The notes below the pieces were generated by a model, which saw only the letters and a list, made by a program, of their open reading frames with translations, ran no database searches and had not been told where the DNA came from. A stretch of DNA of 63,808 bases, filler included, from Octopus bimaculoides (Eukaryota), in NCBI RefSeq assembly GCF_001194135.2. It is 3 parts of 3 records of this genome, joined end to end, with 100 filler letters (N's around TTAATTAATTAA, not from the genome) between each part and the next. Parts side by side here need not be neighbours in the genome. Positions count along the whole stretch, not along the records: positions 1 to 25,594 come from NC_069007.1; 2 more parts are not named here. The stretch is one strand, 5' to 3'. Position 1 is the stretch's first letter, and each line of letters begins with the position of its first letter. Positions 11,867 to 24,280 of the stretch are shown piece after piece. A program made the position numbers and the translations under genes.

Positions 11867-12903
11867 TCGTAAACACACATATGCACAAATTATATATATA
11901 TCTGTCCTCATTTTATTCTTCAATTCCTCCAGAGATATATGGTGGCATGGTTGTGAGAAAAGAGGTTTGCTTTCCAACCGCAAGGGTCTGGATTCGGTCT
12001 CACTACGTGTGTTGTAGAAGTATAACCAACTAATTACACATAAAATTTAATAACAGAATCGGATATGGACCCCCCTCCCCACTTCCGGTTGAGAAACACT
12101 GGATAAAAAGTCAGGTCCAACTGGGGTGTCGTGACACCCTCGTGTATCGTAGACAGTGAGTTAAGGGTGCATTTAAATTTAAATAACTGACACAATAAAA
12201 TGTTAATAGGGGTGTTGTTTACTCTAAGAAATGGGAGATGGAGTGACGAGGCAGGTCACAGAAACAACAACTCTATCCACCACCACTTCCTTTCAGTTGT
12301 ATTCCCTAAGCCCTACACATATTTCTGAAATATTCAAATATATATTTTCAAACCCGGTGTATGATCACATCAGCCAGTGTGTACGCTTAAGACAGTAAGG
12401 TGTGATTTGAGGGAGATTTGACTGCTCTTTCAAGCAAATCGAGAGACCAGGTCGAGACTGTTTCACCGGTTTGTGAGTGAATGTCTATATTGAAGTACGA
12501 ATTAAAGAAAAAATTAAAATGGGGGAGGTACTGGTTAAAATTACAAACACGACGGCTTTGAGGAATACACACACATACATATATATATACATACTTGTAT
12601 CAACATGTTTTATATACACGTAAGATGTATATAATTGAGTGCACGAAATATCTTAGGCTTTTTTCAGTTTCCATAAACTCAATAGGCATTGGTCGGCCCT
12701 GAGTTATTTGTGGAAAACACTCGAGGTGATATATATATATGTATATATATATATACACGTATACACACACACAGAAATATCTATAATATACACACCACAT
12801 TAGCACATATTTTAATATTTTACTGGCCTCAATCCGACCGCAACGTAAAACAATAAAAATATAAGAATAATTAATTTAATTAAAATTTCTTGATTAACTA
12901 CAG

Positions 12904-13034
12904 AACCACATCTGGCGCACGCACTGTACCAATAAATGTCCGGCCCGTTAACTGGGACAAGTTCCGTAATGTTTCGGGGAAAGACTTTTCCATTTTAATA
13001 GCAAATGGCCTGATAAAGAGATACAATATGAAAG
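12904..13034 (+). CDS. Candidate internal exon (131 bp), unknown gene
   Basis: ttcttgattaactacAG acceptor and aaag/GTaaag donor; single open frame TTSGARTVPINVRPVNWDKFRNVSGKDFSILIANGLIKRYNMK; GC above flanks. A minus-strand splice reading is also possible. Confidence 0.3.
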
Positions 13035-13040
13035 GTAAAG

Positions 13041-13219
13041 TTGCAGGCGTGGCTGTGTAGTTAAGAAGCTTGATTCCCAATCATGTGGTCATGGGTTCGG
13101 AACCTATATATNNNNNNNNNNNNNNNNNNNNNNNNNNNNNNNNNNNNNNNNNNNNNNNNNNNNNNNNNNNNNNNNNNNNNNNNNNNNNNNNNNNNNNNNN
13201 NNNNNNNNNNNNNNNNNNN

Positions 13220-13252
<33 letters not shown>

Positions 13253-13480
13253 CTTTGTGCTCGCCATCCACCACAGCCCGAACAGCCGGCGTTGGTTTGT
13301 TAATATCTCCATAACTTAGCGATCCCGCAAAAAAAAAAAAAAAAAGAAAGACAGATAGAATGAGTACCAGACTTTAAAAAAAGAAAACAAAGTATTGGAG
13401 GAGTCGATTTGTTCGACTTAAACCCTTGAAGGCCGATGCCCTGGCATGGCCACAAACCAAAAACTGAAACAGGTCTAAGA
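13041..13480 (+). mobile_element. SINE family A with an assembly gap at the internal microsatellite
   Basis: gcaggcgtggctgtgtagttaagaagcttgattccc head; 3' half ...ctggcatggccacaaacc. Confidence 0.8.
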
Positions 13481-14857
13481 TGAAGATATGCTGTTGAGAC
13501 CATAGTTAAAAAGAATGCGCGCGCGCACAGAGAGACAGCAGACGACAGCTGGTGATTGTAACGTCCCGTATAATTTGTTAGATATAGGTTATATACATCG
13601 TAAATGAGTGCAAATTCATTAGGAATTTCCCAGCTTCTCAGTCAAGTTTACCCACTAGACAGCAGCTAATGAATGGCGCTCTCTCATGTTAACACCGATA
13701 TATACATATATATACATCCGTATATACTTGTAGGTCTCTGTTGGTACAAACAGGAAAATAGAACTCGAAACATCACTGTGTGTGTGTGTTTGTATTAATA
13801 ATAGGCAAAACTAACTGACTCAAGAGCTGGAGTATTAATAAACGAAACTTTCGGCCCTTGAGTTACACAGCAACTTGTGCCATTTAATAATAAAATTCAC
13901 TTACTCATATCTATTTATCTATGTGTGTGTGTGTGGAAAGAGAGATGAATTGCCTTTCGCAATGTATAAATTTCAAAGCCATATTATTATACACGCCCGC
14001 GCTAATGTGTCTATTGAAACACACATATACATTGTTTTTTCTTTCTTTCGCAATAGAAAAGACACACAAAAGCGGTCAATAGGGAGGCCCTTGTGTTTAA
14101 AAGCGAGTATAATGTGAAAGTTTGTCATATGACACACACACACACAGATAATCAAAGAAGGGGGAAAAAGAAGAGAGAGAGGGAGACTGAATTACTGTTT
14201 CCGTTTGTGTGTTTCTATCATCACACATCCACACATACACACACAATTATATAACTAATATACAAGGCAAGTTAAATGCAGCCACACCCACAAACCAACA
14301 ACGGGACCTTAAATCATTAAAACCATTTGAAAAAAAAAAAACGGTAGTAGACGTAATGGTGATGATGGGTTAATGTAGTCCTAGATACACTATGCCTGAA
14401 TATAAGACAGTCGTACGGTCATAATGGGAATGCTTTGAACATGTGTTTGCTGTATGGGTCGGGAGGTGGACAAAGGTTAAATAACAATTGGAACAAGAAC
14501 GGTTCTACTATATAATGGTCACACATCCAATTACAGGAATTAAAAAAACGGAATGGTCAAGGGTGGAACGCTTTTGATCGTAGGACTGACCTAGAACTAA
14601 AACGGCAACAAAGCTATGTATTCCGTGTGTGCGTATGAATATAGTTACGGTTTTTAACCGGATAAGAAATAGGTGGTAACCGATAGTATAGTTGAACTAA
14701 AGAATATGTCACGAAGAGAGAGAGAGAGAGACACACACACACACAAACGCATACGGAGTACTCCAGCTTGGCCTTCGTATGATGACTAAACTAAATTAAA
14801 AGCACAACTTGTATAAAAGGTTGGGTGGGAGAGAAAATAAGATTTTCAAACAAATAA

Positions 14858-15000
14858 GCGCAGGCGTGGCTGTAAGTAAGAAGCTTTGCTTCCCAAATGT
14901 AATTGTTCTGGGTTCAGACGTACTGTGTGGCACCTTGGGACGACCAGAGCTTTGTGAAGCGGAGTTGGAAACTGAAAGAAGCCCGTCGTGTGTGTGTGAT
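14858..15000 (+). mobile_element. SINE family A, 5' half
   Basis: gcgcaggcgtggctgtaagtaagaagctttgcttccc...ggaaactgaaagaagcccgtcg. Confidence 0.85.
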
Positions 15001-15951
15001 GAGTGACTAAACTATNNNNNNNNNNNNNNNNNNNNNNNNNNNNNNNNNNNNNNNNNNNNNNNNNNNNNNNNNNNNNNNNNNNNNNNNNNNNNNNNNNNNN
15101 NNNNNNNNNNNNNNNNNNNNNNNNNNNNNNNNNNNNNNNNNNNNNNNNNNNNNNNNNNNNNNNNNNNNNNNNNNNNNNNNNNNNNNNNNNNNNNNNNNNN
15201 NNNNNNNNNNNNNNNNNNNNNNNNNNNNNNNNNNNNNNNNNNNNNNNNNNNNNNNNNNNNNNNNNNNNNNNNNNNNNNNNNNNNNNNNNNNNNNNNNNNN
15301 NNNNNNNNNNNNNNNNNNNNNNNNNNNNNNNNNNNNNNNNNNNNNNNNNNNNNNNNNNNNNNNNNNNNNNNNNNNNNNNNNNNNNNNNNNNNNNNNNNNN
15401 NNNNNNNNNNNNNNNNNNNNNNNNNNNNNNNNNNNNNNNNNNNNNNNNNNNNNNNNNNNNNNNNNNNNNNNNNNNNNNNNNNNNNNNNNNNNNNNNNNNN
15501 NNNNNNNNNNNNNNNNNNNNNNNNNNNNNNNNNNNNNNNNNNNNNNNNNNNNNNNNNNNNNNNNNNNNNNNNNNNNNNNNNNNNNNNNNNNATATATATA
15601 TATATATATATATATATAAAGAGAAGTGGGGGCCTAGATTATCTTATTAAATTGGTGCTTATAATGTCGTCTAATAGCACTATTTAGATATTAATACATG
15701 TATGTGTGGAAATGTATGTGTTGATGTTTGAGAGAGAAAGCCGGATTCTCTGCTATATATTAAATAGGTGCTTATAATGTCTAATAGCACTGTATAGTCT
15801 TTCTCCATTATAGCAGAGAGAGATGTATGAAATACTACACACACACACACACGGGGGGGGGGACAAGTAAATAAAATATAAATAGCTAGTCATGTCGTCG
15901 CTGTGGTGGTGGTGGGGGATATTGTGAAGTGGTGAGAGAAGTGAATGATGA

Positions 15952-15983
<32 letters not shown>

Positions 15984-16146
15984 AGACAGAAGGATGGTTG
16001 GTGAAAAGGCAGAGAGAGAGGGGGAGGAGGGAAAGAAAGAGAGTGAGAGACAGACAAGAGATTGTAAGAGCTACAAGTGTAATAAAATGCAGTCAACAGT
16101 CACACATTAACGATATACATATGCGTCTGTGTGTGTGTGTGTATAA

Positions 16147-16178
<32 letters not shown>

Positions 16179-16574
16179 GGGAGAAGGATGACGAGGTAGA
16201 CACTATGACCGACATGCTGTGTCGATTTAATAACTTTTGACTCAGCCAGAAGACTTACAGTACTATGAACCTCTATAACTGTACCATACATATTACTATC
16301 ACTTCAATTAATAAACACTCGTGCATTACAAGGTACTGCTATTACAACACAATTAAGCCTAGACCCCTTCCTCCCAAATGAAACACCTCTTTCGTACCTC
16401 TCCCCTACTATTTTTCAGTAATGTATTTACACACATACATCTACATATAAATACTCACACGTATTGTCTAATAGACAATCATGGTGATATATATTTCACT
16501 CGAATACAATATAACGCTACTGTTACTACAATTCGCTCAATAGGCTGGAAATAGCAGCCAAAACTTCTCAAATC

Positions 16575-16745
16575 ATTTCCTGGATTGGATTGCCCGTCCG
16601 TGTTCAGTCCACTGCAGGACGAAGGCTTCGCCATGTTTCTCTCTCCACCAACCATAATCTGATGTGGAGGCCATGAATTGTTGAGCTTGAGATCATAACT
16701 GGTTTGATGAACCAGCTGTTCCCACATTGGCTCGACATGGCTAGG
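16575..16745 (-). mobile_element. RTE LINE extreme 3' end with (CAATC)n-like tail
   Basis: Minus strand ggcgaagccttcgtcctgcagtggactgaa reads GEAFVLQWT, typical of RTE C-termini; sister copy at 17535-17680. Confidence 0.6.
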
Positions 16746-16774
16746 CAGAGCAATGCAGTTTTTCTATACTAATA

Positions 16775-16960
16775 CCCAAGAATAGTTAAATCGATGACAT
16801 CAACCCCCCGTGCTCAACTTATATTTATCTTATCGACCCTGGAAAGGATGAAAAGCAAAGTGGACATGGCCGGAACTTGAACACAGAACCTAAGGACGGA
16901 CGAAATACCACTGGGCATTCAGTTAATTCTGCTCGCTCGCCGCTTAAGCCTTTATCGTCT
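16775..16960 (-). mobile_element. SINE family B
   Basis: ttatcgaccctggaaaggatgaaaagcaaagtggac...gacggacgaaatacc...ctgctcgctcgccgc. Confidence 0.8.
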
Positions 16961-17299
16961 TTAAAAAAATGTGTAACCCTTTTGAGACCGACGACTCTTG
17001 TTCTTTGATAGAAACTTCCTGTTTGCAAATGATTTAAATTATAAATTTTCACTAAAATTTCATGTTGACCTTCCAAACAAGTAACTCGAATATTTTTTGT
17101 TTTTTTTACTCTTTTACTCGTTTCATCCTGAAGGCTTTGGCAATGCTGGGGCACTGCCAATATCATCACCTTTCGAATGGCCATTTCTATCTGGTTGGCT
17201 TTTAGTGAAGGAAGGAGTTTGATAATGAATAACAAAATTAATTTAATAAATTCATTATTTTCAATTGAAACAAAAGCTATGTTATTTCACCAGAAATCT

Positions 17300-17535
17300 A
17301 TTAACAAAAGGGTATGGACATAGCAGATAATGTAGTCTTAAATATACGCCTGGGTCCATGATAGGAACGTTTTTGATCGTAGGCTTGTTAAATCATAAAA
17401 AAGGACTGACGTGGATCAACAATCAATCCAGGATAGACTAAAATATGCACTGGTGTAACTAGGGAACCTCGACATAGCCGTTCTACAATTCGTTCAATAT
17501 GCTAGAAATAGCAGCCAACACTCCCTCAAATCATT
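17300..17535 (+). repeat. Unclassified dispersed repeat (family D)
   Basis: Motifs gctagaaatagcagcc, gataatgtagtc and ggaacgtttttgatcgtagg recur near 505-570, 1850-2130, 12385-12460, 14370-14620, 16525-16575, 25430-25560, 31730-31995 and 56700-56800. Confidence 0.6.
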
Positions 17536-17680
17536 ACCTGGATTGGATTGAATTGGATTGCCAATGTTCAGTTCACTGCAGGACGAAGGCTTCAGCAGGT
17601 TTCTCTTTACCAACGACGGTCTGACATGCAGATGCTGGTTTGATGGGCCTACTCTGTCACACTGGCTCAACATGGCTGCG
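17535..17680 (-). mobile_element. RTE LINE extreme 3' end, second copy
   Basis: ggattggattgaattggattg tail plus tgttcagttcactgcaggacgaaggcttc. Confidence 0.6.
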
Positions 17681-17989
17681 CAGAGGGATGCAATTTTTAT
17701 GTTATACACAACCAATCAAGAAACGGAGAGACACAGGCCACGGTAATCCTTGATATACTATATTCGAGAGAAAAACGAGGTGGCCACGACTGTAACACCT
17801 TGTATTACATGTCTAAGAACCATGTTTGTTGCTTTGAGAGCCACTTCAACACATTATTGTCTACAGTTACCAAGATTTCATTTAATTGTATTAGAGTTAT
17901 CTATCTTGCTTCATTTTAGACTTTAAAAAGAAACCTCTAGAGGGAGATTTTCTCTAATTGCAAGTTAAAGTTTGTCAACTCACTAAATT

Positions 17990-18460
17990 ACACATGAGCA
18001 TGAAGACCAAGACCTGTTATGTTGAACTGTAATGTTTATTCGGTGTTAGTGTATGGAAGTGAAGCATGGCCTACAACATCAGAAATGAGAAGTTGTTTGG
18101 AGAGCTGTGAAATGTGGATTTTAACCCTTTCGTTACTATACTGAGGACAAAGTGTCTAACGGAGAAGTTATGAGCTGGGCTGCAGTAAATAGGAAACTGC
18201 TTTGTGAGATTTCTAAGAAAGCAATTGAGATTTCAAAGTCATGTGATGAGGAAAGAGGGCCTGGAGAATATAGTAATGACCGGAAAGATTGAAGGGAAAC
18301 GAAGCAGGGGAAGGATGATACGGATGTCAGGTTTCACGAACCGGTTGGAAGAAAGAGGCATTAAACAGCAGGAAGTGGAAAATGTTACAGAAAACAGAGA
18401 ATTGTGGCAGGATGTGGCCACCTATGTCCCTACATCCTGGACATGGCACCTAAGGAACAT
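17990..18460 (+). pseudogene. RTE-clade LINE, decayed post-RT C-terminal region
   Basis: VYSVLVYGSEAW...LESCEMW ... RKQLRFQSHVMRKEGLENIVMTGKIEGKRSRGR ... ggacatggcacctaag; frameshifts present. Confidence 0.85.
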
Positions 18461-18494
18461 ATTACACATGTGAGGTCCTAACATATAGAAACAG

Positions 18495-18870
18495 GCAGGA
18501 CTGTGTTACCAAAAAGCTCACCTTGCAACCATGTGGTTTCAAGTTCAGTCCTCACTGTAGTAAAAGGCATTTTTCACCTTGGGCAAGCGTCTTCTACTGA
18601 AGCCCCAGGCCAACCAATGTCTTGTAAATGAATTTGGTAGATTGAAACTGTGTAGAAGCTTGCCATGTGTGTGTGTGTGTGAGTAATTTTGTCCCTATGC
18701 TACCGTTTAACAACTGGGGCCTTGTAACTTAGTGGTTCAGCAAATGACACCAATAGAACAAGTACCAGACTTGAAAATAAGTACTAGGGTCGATTTGTTT
18801 GACTAAACCATTTGAGGCAGCACTCCAGCATGGCCAGTAGTCTTATGACTGAAACAAGCAAAAGATAACA
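18495..18870 (+). mobile_element. SINE family A, near full length
   Basis: Head, ccttgggcaag core, internal (TG)n, 3' ctccagcatggcc...gactgaaacaag. Confidence 0.85.
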
Positions 18871-18909
18871 CAAGATAGTTACCGTACAGTAACAGAAGGA
18901 TAAATACAC

Positions 18910-18942
<33 letters not shown>

Positions 18943-19429
18943 GGGCACACAGAGATATATTCACACACGAATAAAAAGCTATGTGCGTGTGTTTGCTGTT
19001 GCACTAAGGAAACTTGGAGTAGGAGGCTATCACATAAACAAATAGGAAGTGAATGAATAAGAGGAGGAGGAGGTGTTCGTCATGTTGGCATTTTACTTTC
19101 TTTTTCAATTTGATTACTTGGTGCAGAAGATATTTCCGAAAATAAAGGAATTTAATATTAAATTTCATTTGAACGGAAACACTATCATCTATGTTGTTAA
19201 GAGTCAGTAGACTGCAGCCATACTGGAGCACGACACTGCTTTGAAGGGTTTGGTCAAATAACTCAATCCCTTAAAACTTAGTTTTTTGTTTTTTTTAAAA
19301 TCTGATGCTTTTCTATCAGAAACAAACCAACACCGGTTGTTAAGCGTTGGTGGTGAACACAAACCAAAAACACAATTATATATAAGATCACCTCCTATAA
19401 TGCCCCCCTCCCATCTCAAAGAGTCCTTA

Positions 19430-19765
19430 TCTTGTAAAGTTACTTGGTGACCCTGCCATTGCAGGGGCCACTTTTAAAAAGCACCCAGTCCACACTATGA
19501 AGTGGTTGGCATTTGGAAGGGCATCCAGCTGGAAAAACCATGCCAAAACTGACCACCTCTGTGCTGGTGCCATGTAAAAAGCACTCAGCTCACTCTGCTG
19601 GGTGATTGGTGTTAGGAAGGGCATCCAGCCGTAAAAACCCTGCCAAAACAGACCCAGAAGCCTGGCCAGCTCCTCCTGTCAAATCGTCCAACCCTAACCC
19701 TAACCCTAACCCTAACCCATGCCAGCATGGAAGGAAGACATTAAACGATGATGATGATGATGATG
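19430..19765 (+). mobile_element. RTE 3' UTR copy carrying a telomeric insert
   Basis: aagttacttggtgaccctgcc...ggaagggcatccagc...catggaaggaagacattaaac(gat)n. Confidence 0.85.
19690..19718. repeat. Interstitial telomeric repeat (TAACCC)4
   Basis: aaccctaaccctaaccctaaccctaaccc. Confidence 0.9.
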
Positions 19766-19769
19766 ATAC

Positions 19770-20065
19770 ATATAACACAATTGCCAAAGACTGCCCAAAG
19801 TGGGTAACATGTCATCGTTGAGGGAACAGACCTGATGAAAATAACAGGCATCAAGTGGCAGACATAAGGCACACAAAGAGCAACTCACATTACTTGCCCC
19901 CTCCCCAACTCCCTCCTGCAATAAACGCTCCCCCCATTCCCCGGCTCGTCAATACTACCCTTGGTACCCTTCTATACCACCTCAGACATCAACACCTTTT
20001 GCAGAGTCTCAATCTCTGGCCACAGACAAGCTACTCGGACATGAGTGAATGCCACCACTGCTGCC
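19770..20065 (+). pseudogene. Very decayed LINE C-terminus (RTE-like)
   Basis: IAKDCPKWVTC resembles the LAxDRxxW motif; downstream Cys/His remnants resemble a terminal CxxC-SRIGL-H motif. Confidence 0.35.
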
Positions 20066-20889
20066 ACACAATTTCCTTCAATCAAATTCTTAAAAAGACA
20101 CTGGCAGGGTAACAATAGAGGGTACTTGCCCAAGGTACCGAGCAGATGCAATGAACCTGAAACCATACGGTGGCAAAGTAACCAACTTAACCAGACTAAT
20201 TAAAACTAAGTTTCTTGCTGCATGACTTGAAAACTAACAAATAAATACCAACGCACATGACTTGGGCTTCGAATGTAGTCAGTCAACTTAGCAGAGTATC
20301 ACAAATCACACGCATTGTCTTTAAAATAAAGAAAAGACATTGAATAATTCAGTCTGGGATGACTAGGAATAATTAACCTTGATCATCATAAAGCTTGGTT
20401 CATTCAAAACTTGAGAGGCTCAACAACAATAGAAACCATAAAAGCAAACTCTACACCAATGGACACCTTACTCTGTGCTCAGTCAACGATATACACCACA
20501 CTATCAACCAGACCATAAGATATTGTTATACACTGCTGGTCACAATGCACTTCCAATTCTGTCTTGACTGCACCATTTTTTTTCCAACTTGACCTAAATA
20601 ACTTAACTAAATCCTCTTCACATTGTTGTGGAGGTCATCCAAACGGCCTTTCCCAGTCCCATGTGTTGTTTTATTTTCCCACCTTTCATTCTATCTTTCT
20701 CTCTATTCTTTTCATCTCTCAACTTTCCTTTTCAAGTCCTATAGAACATCATTTTCCATTGCATTACCTTCAACAGTAGACATGGGCCCACCAAAGCCTT
20801 GTTGAGTAGAGTTGGTAAACGGAAACTGAAAGAAGCCTGTTGTATATATATATATATACATGTATGTGTGTTATTGTGTGCTCTTGTGT

Positions 20890-21095
20890 AGACATGATGT
20901 GATGGTTGCAAATAAACATCATTGCCATACAAGTGAGGTGGTCTCTTTTCAAAATTCTGTGAAAAACATGTATCACAGGAAAATATTACCTTGCTTGGAA
21001 ACAAGAGTGTTGGTGACAGAAAATGCATCCGGCTGTAGAAAATCTAGTAAGAGCCATTCAAGTATAGGAAAGAGGATGTTGAAACAATGATGTTT
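20890..21095 (+). mobile_element. RTE 3' UTR, second subfamily
   Basis: ccttgcttggaaacaagagtg...gcatccggctgtagaaaatc...gaggatgttgaaacaatgatg. Confidence 0.7.
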
Positions 21096-21204
21096 TTTAT
21101 GTGTGTGTGTATATATACATATATATACACACACACATACATACATACATACATATCATTAAAGATACAAAACCGTAATGATTTTTGGACATATTCTTTT
21201 ATTT

Positions 21205-21570
21205 GTTCCAGTTATTAGGCCATGCCCATGCTAGAGCACCACCTTGAAAAATTTCGGCTGAATGAATCAACTCCAGTACTTTTACTTTTTTAACCATGAT
21301 ACTTATTTTATCAAACCCTTTTGCTAAACTGCTAAGTTACAGGGATGTAAACACACCAACACCGAATGTCAAACAGCGGTGGGGAACAAATACAAGACAC
21401 ATACACATAGATATATACACAAACATATACACACACGACAGGCTTCTTTCAGTTTCTGTCAACGAAATCCATTCAGCCTGTGGCTATATTAGGTGCCACG
21501 CAATGGGACTGGGACAGAACCATGTGATTGGGAAGCAAAGCTTCTTACCACACAGCTGCGCCTATGCCTG
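21205..21570 (-). mobile_element. SINE family A, near full length
   Basis: Reverse complement from ggcgcagctgtgtggtaagaagctttgcttccc to ctctagcatgggcatggcc. Confidence 0.85.
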
Positions 21571-21624
21571 AGCCACTTTCTCATATATACTTTTGTGGTC
21601 CATCTATGTCATTTTTTTTATCTA

Positions 21625-21759
21625 TGTGACTGTGTGGTAAGAAACTAACTTCCCAACTACATGGTTCTGGGTTCAGTCTCCCTGCATGGCACCTTCAAGC
21701 CAAGGGGCATCCAAAGCCTTGTGAGTGGATTTGGTAGATGGAAACTGAAAGAAGCCTGT

Positions 21760-21834
<75 letters not shown>

Positions 21835-22040
21835 GTGTCTGTGTTTGTCCCCACCACCATCATTTGACAACTGATGCTGGTGTGTTGATGTCTCCGTCAC
21901 TTAGCAGTTCTGCAAAAGAGACTGATAGAATAAGTACTAGGCTTACAAAGAATAAGCCCTGGGTCGGTTTATTCTAATAAAAAACCTTATAAGGTGGTGC
22001 TCCAGCATGGCCACAGTCAAATGGCTAGAACGAATGAATA
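21625..22040 (+). mobile_element. SINE family A, full length with long internal (TA)n
   Basis: gtgactgtgtggtaagaaactaacttccc...gaagcctgtc(TA)n...ctccagcatggccacagtcaaatgg. Confidence 0.9.
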
Positions 22041-22644
22041 AATGCATGCATGTATGTATCCACCCACACTCCCACACACAACTAACCACATTAATCACAC
22101 AGTCACACACAAACACAGTACAAACATGCACAATTAGACAAAGACACACACACACACACACACACATAACATATGTGTAGATGATTTGTCTGTATATTTC
22201 GGGTCACACCCTAAAATAACAACGCAAATCAAATTAACAAAAAGAACTGTTTCATGACATTGTAATAATGTAACATGCTAAGTAAGAATAATTATGAAAG
22301 GAAGGGGGGGGGGGCACTAAGAAAAAAAAACTGCAACGTATGTGTGTGTGTGTGTGTGTGTTTGGAGGAGCATTCAAGACTACAATGGAACTATTTGAGA
22401 ACTAAGGTCCTAAACGGTAATGTGAATAAGGCCTGGTTTGTGTGATCATGTGCAGCACAAGCTATTCTGAAAATATGGTAGGAGGAAATGCTATCCAAGA
22501 CCTTTACAAGATCTCCAAGACTGATGGGAGGGGAGCAAAGGAGGATCCACTCATCAGGATCGGATCGAACATCTGATGGGCAGGTGTTAAGTAAACGATG
22601 CTTGCCGCAGAGTCTCCTAGTTTTCTTATGTTCTCAGTTCAGAT

Positions 22645-22760
22645 AGCGCCAAGGTCAACTTTGCCTTTCCTTCTTTCAAGAGTGATAAGACAAGTACCAG
22701 TTGACTACTGGGGGTTGATGTAATCAGCTTAACCCCGCCACTAAAAGTTGCTGGCCTTGT
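22645..22760 (-). mobile_element. SINE family B, 3' part
   Basis: aaggtcaactttgcctttcc...caagtaccagttgactactgggggttgatgtaatc; orientation read from the motif order, boundaries approximate. Confidence 0.5.
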
Positions 22761-22769
22761 GCCATGGTT

Positions 22770-23090
22770 GTGGGATAAGAAGTTTGCTTCACAACCACAT
22801 GGTTCTGGGTTCAGTCCCACTACATAGCAACTTGGTCAGGTGTCTTCTACTATACTCTGGAGCCAACCAAAGCCTTGTGAACAGATTCAGTAGACAGAAA
22901 CTGAGAGAAGCCCATCATATCTATACATACATACATACGTACGTGTGTGTGTGTGTCTTTGTGTATGTGCTTGTTCCCCACCACTGCATGACAACCAATG
23001 TTGGTGTGTTTGTGTCCCTGTGACTTAACGGTTCAGCAAAAGATACCAAGTATCAAGTTTAAAAAAATAAGTACTAAAGTCAATAAATAT
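22770..23090 (+). mobile_element. SINE family A
   Basis: aagaagtttgcttcacaaccacatggttctgggttcagtcccac...gacttaacggttcagcaaa. Confidence 0.85.
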
Positions 23091-23100
23091 ATAATAGATA

Positions 23101-23169
<69 letters not shown>

Positions 23170-23173
<4 letters not shown>

Positions 23174-23365
23174 ATTTGGGATTCAAAAGCCCTCAGTTGC
23201 TTAACATCTTGCCAAAAACCTTGGGCTCTACATGAGGTGAAGGTAGATGTTTTCAAGAAGCACCTTCATCTTCTGTTGTCTAAGACACCAGATGAACCAA
23301 TATGATGACAAGAACCTCGAGCAAGAGAAGCAGCATCCAACTCCATCATTTACCAGGCGCCAACC
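23170..23365 (+). pseudogene. CR1/L2-group LINE C-terminal remnant
   Basis: GFKSPQLLNILPK ... VDVFKKHLHLLLSKTPDEP ... AASNSI resembles the terminal motifs of CR1/L2-group ORF2. Confidence 0.55.
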
Positions 23366-23449
23366 ACATGGCCATTGAAAAGGTGAGGATACTGACACTG
23401 CCCCAGCATGGCCACAGCCTTTAGGCTGAAATGCATAAAAATATATATA

Positions 23450-23810
23450 CAGGTGTAGCTGTGTACTAAGAAGCTTGCTTCCCAACAACATGGTTCCAGT
23501 TCAATCCCACTGCATGGCACCTTGGGCAAGTGTCTTCTACTATAGCCTAGGGCCAACCAAAGCCTTGAGTAGATTTGGTAGATGGAAACCAAAAGAAGCC
23601 CGTCGTATATATATATATATATGTGTGTGTGTCTTTGTCCCTCCATCACCGTTTGACAATGAGTACTGATGTGTTTACATTCCCGTAACCTAGCAGTTTG
23701 GCAAGAGACCAATACGATAAATACTAGGCTTAAGAAAAATAAACTCTGGGGTTGATTTCTCCAAGGTGGTGCTCCAGCATGGCTGCAGCAAAATGACTGA
23801 AACAAGTACA
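23450..23810 (+). mobile_element. SINE family A, full length
   Basis: caggtgtagctgtgtactaagaagcttgcttccc...gaagcccgtcg(TA)n(TG)n...ctccagcatggctgcagc. Confidence 0.9.
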
Positions 23811-24064
23811 AGAATATGTTTGTGGGTGTGTGGGTGTGCACATGTATGCATCTATTTCTGGGTAAATGTTTGCAATCTACATACAATTTTCCAAACAAAG
23901 TTGATATTCTTTTGACATTTTTTGTTACCAAAACACACACTATAGAATTTCTCTGGAATAAAGAAAAAATGCCTTGCTGGAAAATTTGGTAAGTGTTTGC
24001 GACAGTAAGAGCAAATGGCCATAAAAACTTAGATTTCCCAATCTAAGCCCTGAGTAACGAACTC

Positions 24065-24280
24065 TAAATGAGACAGTGTTTGCAAGTTACTTGGTGACCT
24101 CGCCACTGTTGGTGTCACATAAAAGATATTCAGAACAGTCTGTAAAATGGTTGGCATTAAGAAGAGCATCCGGCTGTAGAAACCGTGCCAAAGCAGACAG
24201 CAAACGTCGATGCAGTCTTCTGTCAAACAGTCCGAGCCATGCCAGTACGGAAAACAGACACTAAATGACGATGATGATGA
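24065..24280 (+). mobile_element. RTE 3' UTR copy
   Basis: gcaagttacttggtgacctcgcc...gcatccggctgtagaaac...ggaaaacagacactaaatgac(gat)n; a partial duplicate lies at 24830-24905. Confidence 0.8.
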
